A stretch of DNA of 63,311 bases, counting the filler, from Lenisia limosa (Eukaryota; Protista; Breviatea), in assembly GCA_001655205.1 (NCBI GenBank). It is 8 parts of 8 records of this genome, joined end to end, with 100 filler letters (N's around TTAATTAATTAA, not from the genome) between each part and the next. Parts side by side here need not be neighbours in the genome. Positions count along the whole stretch, not along the records: positions 1 to 15,998 come from LPNZ01002313.1; 7 more parts are not named here. One strand, written 5' to 3'. The notes beneath the pieces were generated by a model. It saw only the letters and a program-made list of their open reading frames with translations. It was not told where the DNA came from and did no database searches. This document shows positions 1-14,600 of the stretch, one piece after another. Position numbers and translations under genes: made by a program. Each line of letters starts with the position of its first letter. Position 1 is the stretch's first letter.

Positions 1-682
1 CTCCCCATACATAGCAGCATGTCTGAAATACGAGATAAAAAGACCAAGAAGAGGGAGCACAAAGTTCTGCAACTTGTCCCAGGGCTGGAGAACCCGGGGG
101 TGTGCCATGTTGTACGCGGCAGATATGACAGCACAGCATGCAAGTGTGATGAAGAACAGCATGTCAACCTGCGAAAGGAGATGATGATGATAATGACAAT
201 GATGGTGGTGATGATGATGTTTTTGGTAGTGATGTTAAAGATGATAATATTTGATTGGTGGTGATAGAGATGATGGTGATGATTGTGCCAAGTATGAAAA
301 TAGCGTTAGTAATCATTAGCATATTTGCATTCCATATTACCAAACAATCACCCCAGGAGCTCACCTGCGAGTCAAACATGATGAAGATATGGGCCACAAT
401 TACACTGCAAACATGGACGTACCAGTCCAGATCCCTCACGTTGACAATGATAAGACCCATGCAAAGCGATAAAACGGCATGTCTTGCTGTTATCTCCCAT
501 GGAGGCTCCTCATAGTTGGAAGTGATGAAATGCGCAGTTGGGATGAACCAAAAGAATGAAATAGCGCTTCGAGCAAGGCTAGCAAGCTCAGTCTTCCCAG
601 CCGCTTTGCTCTTTTTGATTCTGAGATTAGTCTTCTTCTGTGACTGAGGTTTGCCTGGACGAGGCTTGTTCCCCTTCACCAT
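1..682 (-). CDS. Hypothetical membrane protein, multi-exon, runs off window start
   Basis: ATG at 682 opens MVKGNKPRPGK... then hydrophobic stretches (AISFFWFIP, HAVLSLCMGLIIVNV). After a (CAT)n-rich intron ending ...tttcgcag, a further hydrophobic exon reads VDMLFFITLACCAVISAAYNMAHP. No homolog recognised. Confidence 0.45.
178..290. repeat. Degenerate (ATG/GTG)n trinucleotide tract
   Basis: atgatgatgataatgacaatgatggtggtgatgatgatg...; probably intronic in the minus-strand gene. Confidence 0.8.
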
Positions 683-2102
683 CTCTGCTAGCTAACAACT
701 TTAAATGTTCTTTATTTTACATGTTGGAGGGATGGAGAGGCTTGCGAATGGTGTTACTTTGCTAAGATCTTTGGTTCTTTTAGGGAACGAGAGGAATTCG
801 GGGATTTTTTTAAGTTAATTAGTTAAGATATGTTATTTAGTCGATAGTGGTCAGGGAAGGGAAGAAAAAGAGGCAAAAAGCCAAAAAACAAAAAAAAAGA
901 GAGAGAAGCACGCCACCGCACATACGTCAGATATGATTTTCAATGAAAAACATGTGATATATGGTGAATATATTATGTCGCGTGATCAGTCTACACCCGA
1001 CCCTGTTCTCTTTCTCTGTCGAAAGTCTCAATCTCTATATATTCGTGTCGCTGTATCATTATCATCGTATTCAAATTGGCATATGTATGCAATAATATAA
1101 TGCAAGCCACACACCAATGTTCATATGATACACCCATACAGTATGTAGAAGTAGAAACATTCCAACAATTCAAAACCTGTTTTCACTCATACGGCGAAAA
1201 AGTGGTGCTTCACTGGTTCATTTCATCCGCTTATTGAACACTTACACAATAGCTGAAAGAAGAAGAAGACAGAGATTTATTACCTGCTAAACAAAGATAA
1301 AGAAAAGAAAAAAACATCCTAAACCAAGTACAAAGCAATACAACAAGTTTACGATGGAAAAGGTGCGGGCAAAATGTTTGAAACTATTGTCACGTTTATT
1401 TGGACGGGAGGGTTATACGCGCCATTGTGAAGAGCATTTCATAGTTTGCCTAGAGGGGTGAGAACCAGGAATAAGACAGAAAGAGGTTAACAGTTTTGTT
1501 TTCCTATCTTTTTTTATCAATTGAAATGACAATATGAAGAATGTCTGAACAGCGCCAGATAAAGTAGATGCCTACAATATCTCCCTTCAACGTGTCAATT
1601 CTTTGAATGAACGCGGTAGTCTGCAGGTTGTCACCCTTGGCTGATTTAACTGCCTCACCTACAGGTATTAAATTGACAAGTCTCACCGTAGTATTGCGGG
1701 GGGGGGGGGTAANNNNNNNNNNNNNNNNNNNNNNNNNNNNNNNNNNNNNNNNNNNNNNNNNNNNNNNNNNNNNNNNNNNNNNNNNNNNNNNNCTTGGTTG
1801 ACCAGCAAAGCAAGGGTCAAAAACGACAAAACAAACATAGCCCATGCCAGCCACTACTTCAGCACCGCAACCATTCACTTCAAGCAGGGATTGCAGTATA
1901 GTGAATTTCTGGGTCCTTATGATCATAGTCTCGTAAGAGTCTTTACTGCCAAAATAGCGAAAAAGGAATACCACCAGAGTTTATCACAGCTTCTCTAAAG
2001 ATTACATCTCAACAAAAAGGGTGACAATAGTACATGTAGCATATCACACATATTTAGCTAAAAAATATATGTACATACATGTAATAAACAAGGTGGTATC
2101 TG

Positions 2103-2194
2103 TAGGGCCTCACTTCGGCTCAAAAAAAAAGACTGTATTTCTCGATAAATCCTCGAAAACTATCGATATTTTCCCGAACCGAAGTGAAGCCTTA
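2103..2194 (+). mobile_element. MITE family A copy (short subtype), hAT-like
   Basis: TAGGGCCTCACTTCGG...CCGAAGTGAAGCCTTA inverted termini; flanks ggtatctg/ggtataga (5/8). Confidence 0.85.
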
Positions 2195-2592
2195 GGTATA
2201 GATACCTCCTCCACCCACCTTATTAAACCTACTCTAACCCCAGCAAGTAGGGGAACAGAAAACCCCATGAAACACCACATAGCAATGAGAAATAAAAAAG
2301 GTTATCTGACCGAAGAATTCCACACCATCACGCTTATAAGAGCTATTGAATTATAGTATGATTAATTCACCCAATCATTTGCCTACAACCCTCACCTAGC
2401 ATAGTAATTTCGTTTCCTGCTTCCTCGTTATATGACTAAAGTGTGAAATCGCATTTATTAAAATATAATAATATCCGTCTACACTAGTAGTTATAATCAT
2501 AACAACAACAACAACAAAAAACAAAAAACAAAAAAACCCAACCCTAACCCACAAATCGGAACATGAACTCGACTTGAGCCGATTTGACAGAA

Positions 2593-5275
2593 ATGGACTT
2601 CATCGCTCCCTTGAAGCCCTCCCGTACTTCTTTAATTGCTGCATTGATCTGGTACAGTGAAATTTACCATAATGCTATGTAAAGTGTTACATTGCAAATG
2701 ATTAGGTAAATTAATATATAATTCAATGTCTCATAAAAGCGTGATGGTATGGATGGCTTGGGCCAGAGACTAGATAGCCTATTTCTATTTACCATCATAC
2801 AACTATGGATAATTTTATACTGTAACCGGTGTAAATGTTAAAGAAATAATTGTCTCTTTGGTCTTTCTAACTCACTGCAAAGCTTGATTAGATGAAGGAG
2901 ATAGGGGCAATGTGTCATTATCGTAGCTAATCACATGTTGGAAATAATGAAGCATTGAGATTTAGACAAGTGTGTCCTGAAAATTTCCGTTTGTAGAGAC
3001 TTCTGCTTTGTATGAAGCCCAAATTATAGAAGAATTGTTTATTCAGCCCGCAACCTGGTCCGCTTCAATTTGCTCAGAGATTACCACATCTCCCGAGTCT
3101 GCGTCCTTCAGGTCGATACCTTCCTCGGTTAAATACAGAAACAAACCAAATTTCGGTTAAAGCCGAAAAAGAATCACAGGCATAATAAGAAACCGAATCA
3201 TGCTTTGTCCATTGCTTAAATACGGGAAAATGGCAACAAAAACAATTTACTTAGTTTCCTACCCCTCCACTCACCAATGGTGGTTTCGTCATCAACAACC
3301 GTGCGTACTCTGAAGGTGATTAAACAAACACAGCATAAGAAATCATTTAAGGTTGAAAATAAATAGGGATTCAGTCCGATCCAGAAAACATTAATTTATT
3401 ATCGATATATTTCGACAATATAACGATTTTCAACGNNNNNNNNNNNNNNNNNNNNNNNNNNNNNNNNNNNNNNNNNNNNNNNNNNNNNNNNNNNNNNNNN
3501 NNNNNNGAGAAGCGCAAAATAAAAGAAAACTTAAAGATTCGCTGTCCTCAAAAGTGTATCAGGAGAAGATTCACAAAAAGTAGTAACCACTCGGTATATG
3601 TCAAGATTTTTACGACCTTTTTCGGCCGTATAGACGTCCAAGCAGAGTCCAACAAACCCTGGGTTCACAGAATGAGGGGACGGGTTGTAGTGGTGGTAGA
3701 ACAGTTTTACGAGCGGTAAGTCTCCTGAAAAAATTAGATGAATCAATAATGTGAATGTTAAACAACAGCGAAGATGAACCAAAGTAATCTAATGATGCTC
3801 ATCTTGAAATATAGCTTGAGAGCTTGTGAGGTATAATACTGCCTCCACAATATATCCTTAAAACTAATTCCATCTAATCCTGTTCCTGACAATCATGTCT
3901 GATTTACTCCATTTTTATGAAATCAAATGAAGCTCTACTGTAAGTGATACTATCACTCCTCCTGCTCTAATACTACCAGGAAAAGGGTATCAAGGTAATT
4001 GGCCGAACGAAAAAGGTCAACGACTTTGTTTCACGAAGGAGGCTAATTGAACAAATATTGGAGAATTTATGATGAAAAGTCTTTAAACTTTAGCTGAGAA
4101 TTGTTCCTCTTCGTAAAGATTCCAACCTTCAGCGGAGAACCAGCATACCTTTAAAGATGCTAAGTTGATCCTCTTTGATGCGTTTGCGGCATCCATTCAG
4201 AACAAGTTTAGCTGGGAAGGGTAAGTGTCTATTTTGTTAAAAAATGACTTTGAAAAGCACAATTGAATAAAGTAAAAGGCACGAAGGCAACAAACGACCA
4301 ATTGATTGATAACAAAACAGAATCATTTTCATTGACAACAAACAAGGAGGGAAAAAAGAAAAAAGAAATACTAATTAACAATTCTGCAAACCTTCAAAGT
4401 TTTCAACTTTAAAACTGTCAGTTGAAATGCTGGTCATCTTTTGACAGTATCAAGTTAGGCTGGAGCGGGTTTGATCGTGAGAAAGGTGAGGAGAAGGGGA
4501 AGGGATAGGAAGCGTAAGTTGAAACGGTATTGCCTGGTATTGCCTTAACAGCTATATTCCTATTCTTAGCTGGGGAAGAATGGGCAAATGACGAATGCTT
4601 GCGTATTTCAACTTAAATGCATTAATATCTGGGGGTACGCTAACCAACAACTTAAGATCTTTCTTTTCGCTTCTTCTTTCTTCTACTAGTAAGTAAAATA
4701 TACAAAAATGATGTAATGTGTTAATTTGGTAAGGAAATTTGCGGAATACCTCTTCCCTACCTTAAATACTCCTTTCCTTTTTGGGAGTTTTTTTTGCTGA
4801 TCATACTTATAGGTAGGGATTTTGCTGGAATAGTCATAGCTAGGAAAGATACTGTAGTTAAGATATGAAACAAATTCCATGACTTTTTAGCATCTTGCTA
4901 ATCCCTACCTACAGTAGAAGATTTTCAGAATCCTGGTTGGTCATCGTTTGTCTCATTTACTTCTTCAGAAAGATTAGAGAATGCCTACCCGCTTCCTCTG
5001 TATCATCTTAGGAATTTTCTTAACCTTTGGAGGTTGGCCTCTTAAGAGATCATATTTCTTCTACCGCACTAGTATAAATTCAAACATACAACAGGGGGAA
5101 GTCAGAATTTCAATTCTATTTCCAACTAAGTTGGCAAAATTCCAAATAGAATTGATAACGTTGTTGATATATCTTTATGAAAAGTCGAACAAATTTCTGT
5201 CACAAATGTATTATAAACTTTTCTGTCTAGGATGGGTTCTTGCCGAAGATGATTCATCAAACAGGTAAGAAATTG
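2593..5275 (+). CDS. Candidate 5' exons of the giant surface-protein gene
   Basis: Several small AG/GT-bounded open segments (e.g. ETSALYEAQIIEELFIQPATW, FQPSAENQHTFKDAKLILFDAF, GWVLAEDDSSN) on the same strand upstream of the core. Linkage to the core is not proven. Confidence 0.35.
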
Positions 5276-5658
5276 TTTGTAGTTGAAGCTAAATATGGAT
5301 TCGCAACTTTTATTGTAATCAACTCTCAATGGAAATAGATAAGCTATAAATCAATTGTAGTTCAACATGACTGTGATAGCACAACAAAGACAAAATATAT
5401 ATAATATATACAAAATAACATCATATTATGTATGATACCCATGTTTTGCAATTTATGGAAATCAAATTTTTAATTGCTTAGACATAAAATCTCTATCATA
5501 TACAGTATATAATATATATATATGTAGTATATATATATCATACCGTCCAACTTAACAGCAGATAAAGTAATTCGATTTGAATCATGGAATGGGCTTCCAA
5601 TGGTCCTGTCAAGAACAATGAATATAATGTGTACCCAATGATGATTATCACCTTTTAG

Positions 5659-8600
5659 ACTATCAGATACAGCTATCAAAGCATCATGTGCCCCTTCCAC
5701 AGGAATGGAATTTTGCACCAAATTTTTTTTCGAATGTGAATCACAGTCACCAAGTTATATTGCAGTTCTTCAGATTAGCCAACAGGGATCCCAGTGGTCT
5801 GTGTTAGCAACTACGGAAAGTGTTTTATCAACAGCTGTCAAAGTCAGATGTGCCCTTTTTAATGGGGAAAACAAAGTCGCAGCATCCCAGGACCTCACTC
5901 CTTTTGTGGTATCGTTAAATAAATCCGTCCCGGCGTCATCCCTTCTCAATATCTGGGAGTCACCTTTGCTCATTCAAGAACTGATTTCTCGAATTGTCAC
6001 TTTTGGGCTTCTTTCTGAAAGCAGTCACGAGACGGCTCTTGCAAGCCTCCAGTGGCGGCAATCTTGGCAAAGAAGAACCATCGATGCAACATCCCTCCTT
6101 TCCGAAGCAACTTTAATGGTCAAAACATTCCCTCCTGCAAATGTCAATGATATTCTCTTCGATGTCGCTGTCATATTACAGAAAAAGTCAACTATCAACA
6201 TTACAGAGAACGATTTTCAATACGCTGTTGATCTTGTGGATATTTCCATGATGGCTGAAGAAGTATCTATTGATAATGTTGCCAAATTCGTGATTCTGCT
6301 CATGAAAAAAGGTTGTTTACCAGTTTCAACGGAATTTCTCCAAACCTTTTGTTCAACAAAATCCAACGACAATCCTTTCAGAATCAAGATCCAGGTATGA
6401 TAAAGTACAAACTGTTCTCTACAATAGATTGTATTTAAGAACAAGTCAAAAATGATTCTCTTCTTTTAATTCTATCACATGCTATGAATAGACACTACAA
6501 GATTTGTTGAATGTTTAGCCGGGGATCCACTAGCTTTCGTAGAATTTTGTTCAAATATTTCTACTCATCATTTCAGGCACAGTTTTCTCCAAAAGCCAAA
6601 GTAAAGGTTTGTAAAGCAGTATGAATTATTGTCTATTAAATATATATTATGTATATACTAATTACTAAGCTGCTTTTTAATGTGTTTTTTTCTATTAACA
6701 CAATACGATCAAATAATCATACACCTTTTCCAATTCTAACTCAGAAATAACTCCTCTAGGTCGCATACCTTAAAACAAGCAATGTTTTTGTTAACGCTGG
6801 AAGTCCTGTGATTATTTCTGACTCAACCCACACTATTTGTAAAGAAGGGTAGGCCGGGGGATTAATTTTCGTAAAGAAGCATTTGTTGCTACTATTATTT
6901 TGGCAGAACTATGCATTAAGTTTTGTATATTATTATGTTGTTGTTACACACACTTGTCCACATCAATACCACATTTCACTAAAACTACATTTTACATACT
7001 TTATGAATCAATTTACAAAATTATCTGGATTTATTAACGTTGGGTGTGCTTTTACAATAATTCAAACCCTCAAAATCCTATTTCCCTGGAATGACACTTC
7101 CGTCCCTATTTAATACGGTCACTGTATCTTATTGTAATAATATTGTCTTATTTTCCGAATGAAGCATTTTAAACAAAAATATATGCGTGAGAGTTAGAAC
7201 AGGTCGCTTATTCAAAAGGATACATAAGTGTATGAATGAGGATTCTGAAATGGTTCATGAGTTTCACTATTTAGAGCATCATGTCAAGTCACATTATCAA
7301 ATGGACTGACATATGCGATCTTGAAAACTAGTGATGTGGATTCAATTCCCCTTGATTCTGACACAGTAGCTTATGTGAATGAAATTCAATGGTAAGGTGA
7401 TATTACAATTATTATGACATTTTTATTCTGATCGGCAAATATCACTCGTGGTTTTTTATACTCTGACGTTTCATTACTTCAAAGCGGCAAACATTGGGGA
7501 TAAATACCCTATTTATATGTTTTATTATTTGATACAATATGCAAAAAAATAGAGAGTTATCAGTATGGGAAAGCAAGAAACAAATTTCTAATCAAAGCTG
7601 TAGGAAATGCTCTGACCTCACAAGCCGTTCTACATGCGACTCTCTCTTCACTTGTAAATGGAACTCCAATAAGAACATGTGCCAATCGGAAGAGAGTGAC
7701 ATACAAGCTGGACAATGTCCGGTAAGCTCACAACAGGGAGATGAAAGAAAACCAATTTCCGAGAAAAAAACGAAAGTGTCGATAAAACTTTGAATATTTC
7801 AATTTCAAATCACTTAACCATAAATGGTATTCTAGTGTATCAACATATTGATGAAGAATTGATTCACAGAATACTTCCAATTTATTCTTTTTACATCTCC
7901 AATTCCCAAGTTCAGAAAATTCTTACCAAATTAGGACTATTGCTTAGACTCAAAGAAGATGACTGAGAATGAATTCCTATGTTCAGTTAACCCAAGTTGC
8001 AAAAGTGAGTCCTGGGTGTTAAAATTGGGTTGTGTTCTGAATTTGATAAAAGTATAGAATTATTGTATGGCAGGCTTTTGATAAAACAAGAATCAATTTG
8101 ATTGTTAATGAAATATGCCGAATATGTTGTTGTATTTAAAGTACAACGAGATATAGAATACTAACCTTTTAGAAGATGCAATTAAAGCAATCTTCGACAA
8201 AAGAGGTCCTTTATCAATTGAAGTTTCATCGAACAAACCAGTCAAACTTGAAGCCAATTACCCGGATCATCCCTCTGCCAAGGTCCAATTCAAATCTGAC
8301 ATGTTAATCGAAGGTCCAGTTGTTTCCATCACATCTGGGGGCCGAATTCCAACAACAATTTGTCTGTTTGACGATAATAAGGTAGTTGAATCTGTTTTAA
8401 CCTCAACGCTGCCACGATACTGTGAGGGTCTCGGGGAAAAGGCTTGTAAGAAAGAGAAATCCTCATGTGTGTTCACAACTACATCATCGTGCTACTCGCG
8501 TAATGTAGAAGCACTTTTCAATGCGCGTTCTTTTGCCGTTCGCGCTATTAGAATGACCGAATCGTCATGCTCAATTGTGTGGGTGTCAGAATCCAAGATC

Positions 8601-11600
8601 ACTCCAAAACTGTCAATGATGTTTACAAATGAAGATACAAATGACAATATTGTGACTCTATTTGACCAAGTCTACGAAGAGGCGTTTCAGGGCAGATTTG
8701 ATCTGGCTGAACTCAAATCAGGAACCGACTACTCTGTCCGCTTCGAATTCAACGATGTGATTTACAACCTTGCCTTCCGAACCGAGCTGGCTCCAGTGAC
8801 TGGGCTTAAGGCATTAGCACTTTCTGACGATGAAATTGTATTGGCGTGGGAGTATCTCGATAACAAGAGTAGCGCAACTTTCGAGGTGAGCACGGGAAAG
8901 ATAAATACCACACAGTATTCTGAGTAAAATAATAGTAATTGATGTTGTTTTTATCTTCGGTTGTCGTATTAAAAATTTGTTGTTAGATGTCATTTCCACT
9001 CACATTTCACAAGGTCATGGAGCATCATTTGAATAAGCCATCTTCCAAAGTCAAAAGTACCCAAGAAACATCTATTACAATTCTGTCAGCTTCGGCTCAT
9101 CGTATGTTCAGCATCATAGCAATTGGAAAGAACTCTCGAGTCCACTCACCTCCAACGTATATCAGAATCCAAGTCAACTCCATACTGGCACAGAAGCCTA
9201 GTCCACCCGTGATTGAAATGAGAAACAAACACTTTCACGTTTTTGCAAACCCCCATGCAGGATTCATGACCCAAGTGGAGTATCAACGAGATAAAGACCC
9301 GTGGCTCTCTTTTCAAACCAAAGATATCAAAGCAGAACTACCTGCGGATCAGAATCGTGTGTACAAATTCAGAATTCGATACTGTTTGCCCTTCCAATGT
9401 GGAGTATCATCGTCGTCAATCATTATGCAAGCGCTCCCTCCAACACCATCAACAGTGCTTAATGTCCAATCTTTCCAAACTTCATCAAGCATTCGATTGA
9501 GCTGGAGTAAAGTACCGCATGCTTCAAGTTATGTGATCCGTGTTCGCTACTATGGCCAAGATATTCAGGTGGTGCGAACAAGTAGAACAGCGCTTCTTGT
9601 CAGTGGCCTTCTGCCTGACTCTGAGTACTTCGTGTCTGTAACAGCTGTTAACTCATTCTCATCCGGGTCTAAAACTGGTGAGCTATTTGGTAATAGTATT
9701 TCATATTTCATACATGTAGTATACGATATATATGTAATGTGACTATTTTTTCTTCCTTAAAAGTATAAATAGCTACATATGACATGTACGTTCAATAAAT
9801 ATGATACTATATAAATACTACAGGGTTTGCAAGGGTTTGCAAACGATTAATTTGATTAAAAAATGATTCTAATAATATTTCAGTTGCGCAGGTGCGAACA
9901 TTGGTACCCGGCCCAGCGATGCGGGCAATGACCTACATCGATAGAGGATCTCAGTTTTTGTCCAATGAGGACATAGTTGAAATTTCCTTCCACCACCCAA
10001 CCAATAAAGCTGATATTGACGTCAAGTGCTCAGAAGAGTTTTTCACAAGTGCTATTGGAACTGGTAGATGGCTTGATGATCTGACTTGGACTGCTAATTT
10101 GACGTTTCCGGAGAATCACGTTGCTAAGTTCAATCTTGCTTCGATTTCATGCAAAATTGCAAGTCCTGTGTTCCTAAGAAGAAAAGGTGGAGAAAGCTCA
10201 GCTTGGAGTGATTCTCCCTTCTTTATCGAGGGTTCATGGAATTCTCAACTCTCCGAAGGCTTTGTTTTATCTGCCAAAGAGTCTCACCATAGCCATCCAG
10301 GGAAAGAGGTGGTTATCCCGTTCAAAGCTATATCTAGTTACGACGATATGGCATTAATCAAGATTGAAACAGTTGGAAATTGTCAGGCAACTATGGCTGG
10401 GTTCCCATACAGCAGAGCTTCAGTATATAGCGCAATTCATCCAGCATCATGGATATCAAGTCGCATCAACCATGGAATTGCAGTTCGATCTATTGGCAGT
10501 TGCCAACTAGACGTCAGCATAAGTAAAGTAGCTGGTGAAACAATGGCGGCAACCTCCGTGTTCATAACCTCTCTACATCCCCCTTGTCCACCGTCCATTA
10601 GCATACCTGAAAATCTTGTTATCAGTCCTACAGCCAAGCCATTCCCATTAGAAGGTGGGGGCGGGGGTCAATGATAATATGAATACTTCAACTGTCTTTA
10701 ATATGGTAGGGCTTAGAGGTATCATGACAGTATTAGTATTATGTTTATTAGAAACCTTGTTAATAGGGAATTGTACTTCTCACAAATTGCAGGTATTCAA
10801 ATAACAAAGTGCACCAAGCCACTGACCGAGGCCTCAACCCTCTTCTTTATGAGCCTTTCGAGCGACGATGGTTTTCTTTTTATTGCAGAACGCCATCAAT
10901 GCAAGCAACTCCACTACAGCGCAAAATTGCTGGCGTTACCAGGAGGTATCTCCGTAAAGGGAACGCTTGATGATATTCGTTGCTTTCTGGATTCTGTCAA
11001 AATACAACCCTCGAAATCTTCAATTGTTGAAGGAGAAGTCGTTGTGGCCCTTCGTTTCACAGATGAAACGTCAGAAATGCACAATGTTGCTTCAAGTACC
11101 CTATTAAGACATATTTTCGTCCAGGTTGAATCAGACTTGTTTGACTCATCTCCCCACCAAGCCGTTATTCAGTCCGACAGGGCTGTTACACTGACCTTCT
11201 CAAGCGACATTTTTGTGGAATGGGACTGGATAACTTTTGACGAGGTTTGAGGAATAATTAATAAATAGGTATTTATATTTTCAAAACATCATTTTTTAAG
11301 TATTACTATCACTCTCACCCTACCCTCATTATTATAGGCATTCCATGGACCAGATTGCTTCAGTGACTCCATCGTCATCCAACTCAATTCCACAACCTTT
11401 GAAATTAGCCCAACATCCTTGGGGTGTACCAAGGCTGGTGCAGATATCTCTCTCCGACACCACATTTTCAAGCCCAATAGGTTTACATCCAAGTTTGTAA
11501 CTGGGAGCTTTGTCTTAGCAAGCGACCCTCGCTCTTCACCTAATGAACATTTGTCTATAGTAGGCAACTCCATCACCGATATGAAGAGCAGTGTCCAATT

Positions 11601-14600
11601 CTTCGTTCAAGAAGCTGGAATGATGCTTGGTGGTTCAACCGTAAAATGGCATGTGCCGAAAATTCTGAGGCCAATAGCTGTTCAGCATGATGGGCTTTTA
11701 CATATTGGGGAAGGACAGCTTCCCCAAAAAGAAAGCCAGTACTTCATAGCTGCAGAAATCCAAGAACCCTATTTCACATATCGCACTATTGCTCTTATCG
11801 TCAGAAATAAAGTTGCCACTCCTATTCTTGAAATTGGCTCATCATCCAAGTATTCCACCATTGTGTACCTCAAAAACACTGCCGCTGACAAAGAGGTAAA
11901 TTGGTCTTCATCATGTCCTATTCGTTCCTCTGATCGTCACCATATCACTCTTTCACCAGCCATTGACCAGTCGTGTGTTGTAAAAGTCCAAACTGGTCCC
12001 CAGCAATCACAAGAAATCACATTACCTTCTTCCATCGATCAAACCGACCATGTTCATTATGAGGACTTCCAGGTGACAACTTCTGGAGGCGTCTTTGATT
12101 TTGATGACTTTTCTCATCGGAATGACTGGCGAATTGTAGACCTGACCACTCAGCAAGAAATTGTCATTAATGCCACCAAGAGCTCTTCCCAGTTCGATAA
12201 TAAACTTAAAATGACTCTTTTCAACGCCCATCCTGGTCACTATGTTCTTCAGTCGGAATATCCGGGGTTCTCTCATCGGCATCTCATTTCTAAAATGCCT
12301 ATGCTTAACACTGGGCTCTACATTTCATCACCAATCAGGGTAGTATCCCCAGGAAGTGAATTGGTTCTTCATGCTATTTTGGAAACTTCAATAGAGCCAG
12401 GTTCAAATGAAATTTCTTGGTTTACTCAAGATATAAGGCAAGAAGTGGTTGGGCCTACTTCTGTGAAACTTACAATGCCCAACTATTCTGGAAGATACTA
12501 CGTAATGTGCACATACCAAACCAGTCTTCATGCTGCAAGAGCATCAATAATGATAGAAGTAAGACTACCTCCAGAGAAAGGAGAACTCTCAGTCAAGTAT
12601 GCCAAATCTGGAAATTCCATGTTGCTAACTGCTCCTGAGTGGATTGGAGAATCTCTTCAATATCAATTCTTTATCAAGAAAACTGACAGTCTTTTCCCTC
12701 TTAGTCCCAGAATATCTACTCCCTTCTTGCTGTCCGCTGTTCCGGTATCTCAAACATCAACTATAGTAGCTCGTGTCACCTCATCAATTTCTGGGGTTAC
12801 CGAAAAAGAGGTTCACACGGATGTAGGGGGAGAACATTTAATTCAACCTCAGATAGCAAAACTGATACAAGGTCTGTCCGTTGCAGTTATAAAGGAAAAC
12901 ACCGCAAAAGCCCTACTGTTTTCAAGTCACCTAGCTGCCTCTGAAGGTGAAATACAGGATTCCCAAAAGGCGGAAATAGCTAAACAGTTTTTGAACACGG
13001 TTGAAATGACTTCTTCACTCTACGGTCTCTTCACTCTCAAGTCAATCATCCAAAAATCTCTGGAATGGGGTGGAAGTGACTCTTGTTTTGCAGTTTGGCG
13101 TGTTTTGACAGAAGAAACTTTCACAGATCCTCTTGTCGGAGTATCTAATGCTGATACACGAATTGCGATATTCTCTTCACTTCTTGAGATTTGTCAGTCT
13201 GTCCACCGCTTCGAGTTTTCTGCACATCGTGTTTCTGATGCAATTCTGACCGATCTTCAAGGTTTTACAGATAATTTTGTAAGCACTCATGGAAATGTAA
13301 AACTTGTTGTTCAAACCACATCAGTCAATGAAAGCAACCATGTTATGATTGGCGAAACCACCATTGCTGTACCTGCAGCAATTTCGAAAGTTGTTGCAAT
13401 TTCCTGCCCCTACGTATCTGGCTCCCCTGATAGCGAATCTCTCATGTACCCAGCAGGTAATGCTATCGTTGCAGTTGCGCCACATGACCCCAGAATAAGC
13501 ATATCCTTCAAATCTGCCACCGAAATGAGGCCATCCGATTGCTTGAACTGTGCGATCATTTGTGGGATTGTCCAAGATGGTCAATGGGTTGTGGGTACCC
13601 CTGATATATCCCTTGAAGAATTTAAGTGTAATGCCCCAGTTGCTGCGTTAAGTTTTGCAGAATGTGCAGGCAGCCCCCCTTGTCAATCCCAGTGCGGTAA
13701 CGGTGTTTTAGAGGATGGTGAAGAATGCGATTTCATCAACCCCCAGCCTTTCTGTCTAAATTGTAAAATTTTACCAGGGTACAAGTGTGAATCTGCAAGC
13801 AATTGCTACCCTGATCCTGATCAGGCCTGCTTCAAGACCAACTCGCTCTGTGAAGCATGTCATCCGATGCGATCGTACTTGTGCTCGGTTTGCACATCTG
13901 GCTATATAAGCGTTGATGGTCTCTGTGTCCCAGATAAGCCAATCAACTTGAAGCCTCCTAAATTTGGTTCCCGTGAAGATGTCGTGATACGAAGCGAAGA
14001 TGGAAGGCCATTCGTCTCTCTCCGCCTTCATGCCTGGTTCAACGATGCCATGATCTCCTTTTCAGCCCTCAGAAATGATGCGGTTGAGATACAGGCAGAT
14101 ATTGTTTTTAGCTTATCTGGCACCCCAGCAACCCAAAAGTCAGTTGGTCTGAAGATCTTCGGTGCCCATTGGAAAGCATCCTCTACTTTGTTCTTCCGAA
14201 AAGTCAACATGAACTGGGAGGACATAACCTCAAGTATAGACTCGTCCCAAGGAGGTGAAGTCGTGTTTGAGTCCCTTCCTTTTGGAGTTTATGTAGTGCG
14301 ACACACATTGGATCCTCTTGATGATGACGACGATAAAATTCCACTTCCTGGAAGCGACCCTGAAGACGCAGATGAGAGTCTTCTTATAGCAGAGCTTGCT
14401 GCGGTTAAAGCTCCAAACTTGGTCGCATTTTTCCTGTCGTTTTCATGGGAAAATGCCTTCAGTTTGCTCCTAATTGGCTGTTCGGTCTCTTCAATGTTGT
14501 ACTACCTAAGTTCACGGCGTATCAAGACGACGGAAAGCATCCTCGCCAAGAACAGACGCAAAGTACTGAATCTCGAGACTTCCGCCCAAGGACAAATTCA

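Noticed and set aside
19-515. Met/Val-rich plus-strand ORFs
   Set aside because: Translation of the (ATG/GTG)n microsatellite
991-1974. Minus-strand gene around 1000-1970
   Set aside because: Some coding-like segments but interrupted by a gap and no consistent exon chain or homolog, so not listed as a feature
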